A stretch of DNA of 64,000 nt from contig OZ245777.1 of the NCBI GenBank assembly GCA_965227775.1, forward strand, positions 2,464,001-2,528,000. Reading direction: 5' to 3'. Position 1 is the first letter of the stretch; each line of letters opens with the position of its first letter. This document shows, in pieces, positions 63,999-64,000 of this stretch. Under the pieces are notes generated by a model. It was not told the DNA's origin. It worked only from the letters and a program-made list of their open reading frames with translations, and ran no database searches. The translations under genes and the position numbers were made by a program. The stretch is from Phycisphaerales bacterium. GTDB lineage: Bacteria; Planctomycetota; Phycisphaerae; Phycisphaerales; UBA1924.

Positions 63999-64000
63999 GG

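Noticed and set aside
1..64000. CRISPR arrays, IS elements, integrases, prophage or defence systems
   Set aside because: No regularly spaced repeats, terminal inverted repeats or corresponding protein motifs were seen by eye.

Overview
GC-rich bacterial chromosome segment, most likely from a Planctomycetota (Phycisphaerales-like) genome. This assignment is inferred from gene content: a membrane protein ending in an RRxxxCxxCGY...CPECG zinc ribbon, rpsF-ssb-rplI with no rpsR, and a split mur cluster. Most of the window is housekeeping: the 3' end of lepA, serS, a complete trpEGDCFBA operon, oppAB, queA-murE-murF-mraY, gmhB plus a GT9 glycosyltransferase, a dapL-like aminotransferase, gspD-gspE, an OPT transporter, an ECF sigma factor with a DUF4349 partner, rpmF-plsX-fabH-fabD-fabG, recQ, rplY-pth-rpsF-ssb-rplI, tRNA-Asn and tRNA-Ala. 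I saw no CRISPR array, rRNA gene, integrase or transposase. The most interesting signals are not in the ORF track. (1) A ~390-nt, hairpin-rich intergenic unit (33867-34254) carries a 16-nt perfect complement of the 16S rRNA 3' end directly in front of an 18-codon ORF. (2) An unannotated, apparently leaderless Trp-rich leader peptide (WLWRW) with alternative RNA pairings but no U-tract terminator precedes trpE. (3) About ten genes have a -10 box 5-8 nt before the start codon, a leaderless-mRNA signature. (4) A voltage-gated channel with the TLEDWTD filter is coupled to oppAB. (5) Unknown envelope proteins follow mraY directly. (6) One gene carries a 1-nt frameshift.
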